A DNA stretch of 64,000 nucleotides, from assembly GCA_050944155.1 (NCBI GenBank), contig JBMNQN010000005.1, forward strand, positions 7,390 through 71,389, in the 5' to 3' direction. Position 1 is the stretch's first letter. Each line of letters begins with the position of its first letter. The position numbers were made by a program, and so were the translations under genes. Of this stretch, positions 62,934 to 64,000 are shown one piece after another. This DNA comes from Candidatus Methanomethylophilaceae archaeon. GTDB taxonomy: Archaea > Thermoplasmatota > Thermoplasmata > Methanomassiliicoccales > Methanomethylophilaceae. Below the pieces are notes generated by a model, which was not told where the DNA came from, made no database searches, and was given only the letters and a program-made list of their open reading frames with translations.

Positions 62934-64000
62934 TGGAAAAAGTGGATATTTTGGTTGTAGGCGCAGGCCCCGCAGGGAGCGTCACCGCCCGCTATGCCGC
63001 AGAAAAAGGGGTCTCGGTCAGAATAATCGAACGCAGAAAAGAGATCGGAACGCCTGTACGTTGCGGAGAGCTGATTCCCAGCGTGGGAGAAACCAGAGGT
63101 TCTTTTCCGGACGCGCCCGATTTGGAGGAAACCCTGTACGTTCCCGAAAATCTCGTGTCTCGCTACATCGAAGGGATGAGATTCACTTCGCCCGGCGGAA
63201 GAGTTACGGAATTCCCCTTCGAAGGGCGAACGGTGGACAGAGACAGATTCGATAAGTATCTTGCCGAAGAAGCCGTGAAAGCCGGGGCGGAACTCGTGAA
63301 AGACTGCGGTTTCCTCAGAATAGAGGACGGGGTTGCAGAAACCGAACAAGGCAGCATCGGATTCAAAGTCATAGTGGGTGCGGACGGTCCGACGTCCAGA
63401 GTCGCAAGAAATCTGGGTCTCCCCGCAAACAAAAATCTCTATCCCGCCGTGACTTCGATTGCCGAAGGGGATTTCGAACCCGTAATCGACATGTTTTTCG
63501 GAGGCGTTGCGCCCGGAGCGTACAGCTGGATAATTCCGAAAGCCGGGTCTGCCAACGTGGGAGTGGGATTCGCTCCCAGGTTCTCCGACGGAAAACCCAC
63601 CGAATATTTCGAGCAATTTGCCGAAAAACACAATTTCAAACTGACAAAAAAAGTCAACGGAAAATACGTTCCCAGCGAAGGGCCGATAGAAAAGACCGTT
63701 TCGGGAAACGGCATGGTGGTGGGCGACGCCGCAGGTCAGGTCGCTTCGGTGAACGGGGGAGGCATTCCACAGGCGATGATATCCGGCCGTATCTGCGGAA
63801 CCGTCGCGGCAGACCACGTCCTCAGCGGCCGTTCGTTGGAAGATTACGACAGAGGATTCAGGGCAGCTATAGGAAAGCCTCTGAAAACCGCCGCATTCAA
63901 CAAAAAACTGGCGGACTTTTTCGCTTTCGGTTCCGATTTCAGAACCGACGCGTGCATGCGCATCCTGGGGAAAAGACGCATGGCGAACCTGGTCAGATGC
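62934..64000 (+). CDS. geranylgeranyl reductase family flavoprotein (3' end outside the window)
   Basis: Not in the ORF track because there is no stop before the window end. GTG 62934 gives MEKVDILVVGAGPAGSV..., RCGE, VGADGPTSRVA and VGDAAGQV. Second paralog in the window. Confidence 0.8.

Noticed and set aside
1-64000. CRISPR arrays, transposases, integrases, prophage or defence islands, rRNA and tRNA genes.
   Set aside because: None found by eye. There are no spaced direct repeats, no recombinase-like translations and no tRNA cloverleaf candidates. The window is a core housekeeping region with very short spacers.

Overview
This is a gene-dense archaeal chromosomal segment with about 70 CDS on both strands. 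I found no rRNA or tRNA genes, no CRISPR array and no transposase or integrase.

Gene content:
- Information processing: proS (3' part), TrmI, PAN, MBF1, RpoK, uS2, RPA plus an RPA-associated protein, XPD, Csl4, TFS, PCNA, aCPSF2-like RNase, Trm5/Taw2 and KptA.
- Purine synthesis: purS-purL-purQ, purP and purH.
- Amino-acid, cofactor and sugar metabolism: serine synthesis genes, nadC, proC, folD, split transketolase plus transaldolase, and a contiguous AMP-salvage operon (ribose-1,5-bisphosphate isomerase, form III RuBisCO, AMP phosphorylase).
- Lipid genes: two geranylgeranyl reductases, UppS and a polyprenyl synthase.
- Energy metabolism: an HdrC/HdrB-like pair and a complete 11-subunit Nuo/Fpo-like complex (A B C D H I J1 J2 K L M N) with no NuoEFG or FpoF input module.

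Lineage (inference): a Thermoplasmatota methanogen, Methanomassiliicoccales-like. This rests on the Fpo-like complex lacking FpoF/FpoO, the Hdr-type proteins, the HTH-fused riboflavin kinase, and complete avoidance of TAG as a terminator.

Main leads:
1. An in-frame TAG splits the two catalytic motifs of a mini RNase III gene, while none of the other roughly 70 CDS ends in TAG. This is a candidate pyrrolysine or read-through recoding event outside the methylamine methyltransferases.
2. Two conserved genes (purH and a stand-alone ThiI-type PP-loop ATPase) have no ATG, GTG or TTG before their conserved N-termini. Both carry GGGGAGG followed by 7-8 nt and then CTG, suggesting CTG initiation.
3. 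The NuoI/FpoI subunit carries an extra C-terminal 2x[4Fe-4S] ferredoxin domain.
4. A highly structured element of about 130 nt lies between the rpa and purP promoters.
5. Uncharacterised proteins include a 500-aa Cys-motif protein divergent from the RNase III gene and a TiaS-kinase-like protein abutting KptA.

All calls are from reading the translations and the DNA by eye. No database search was run.
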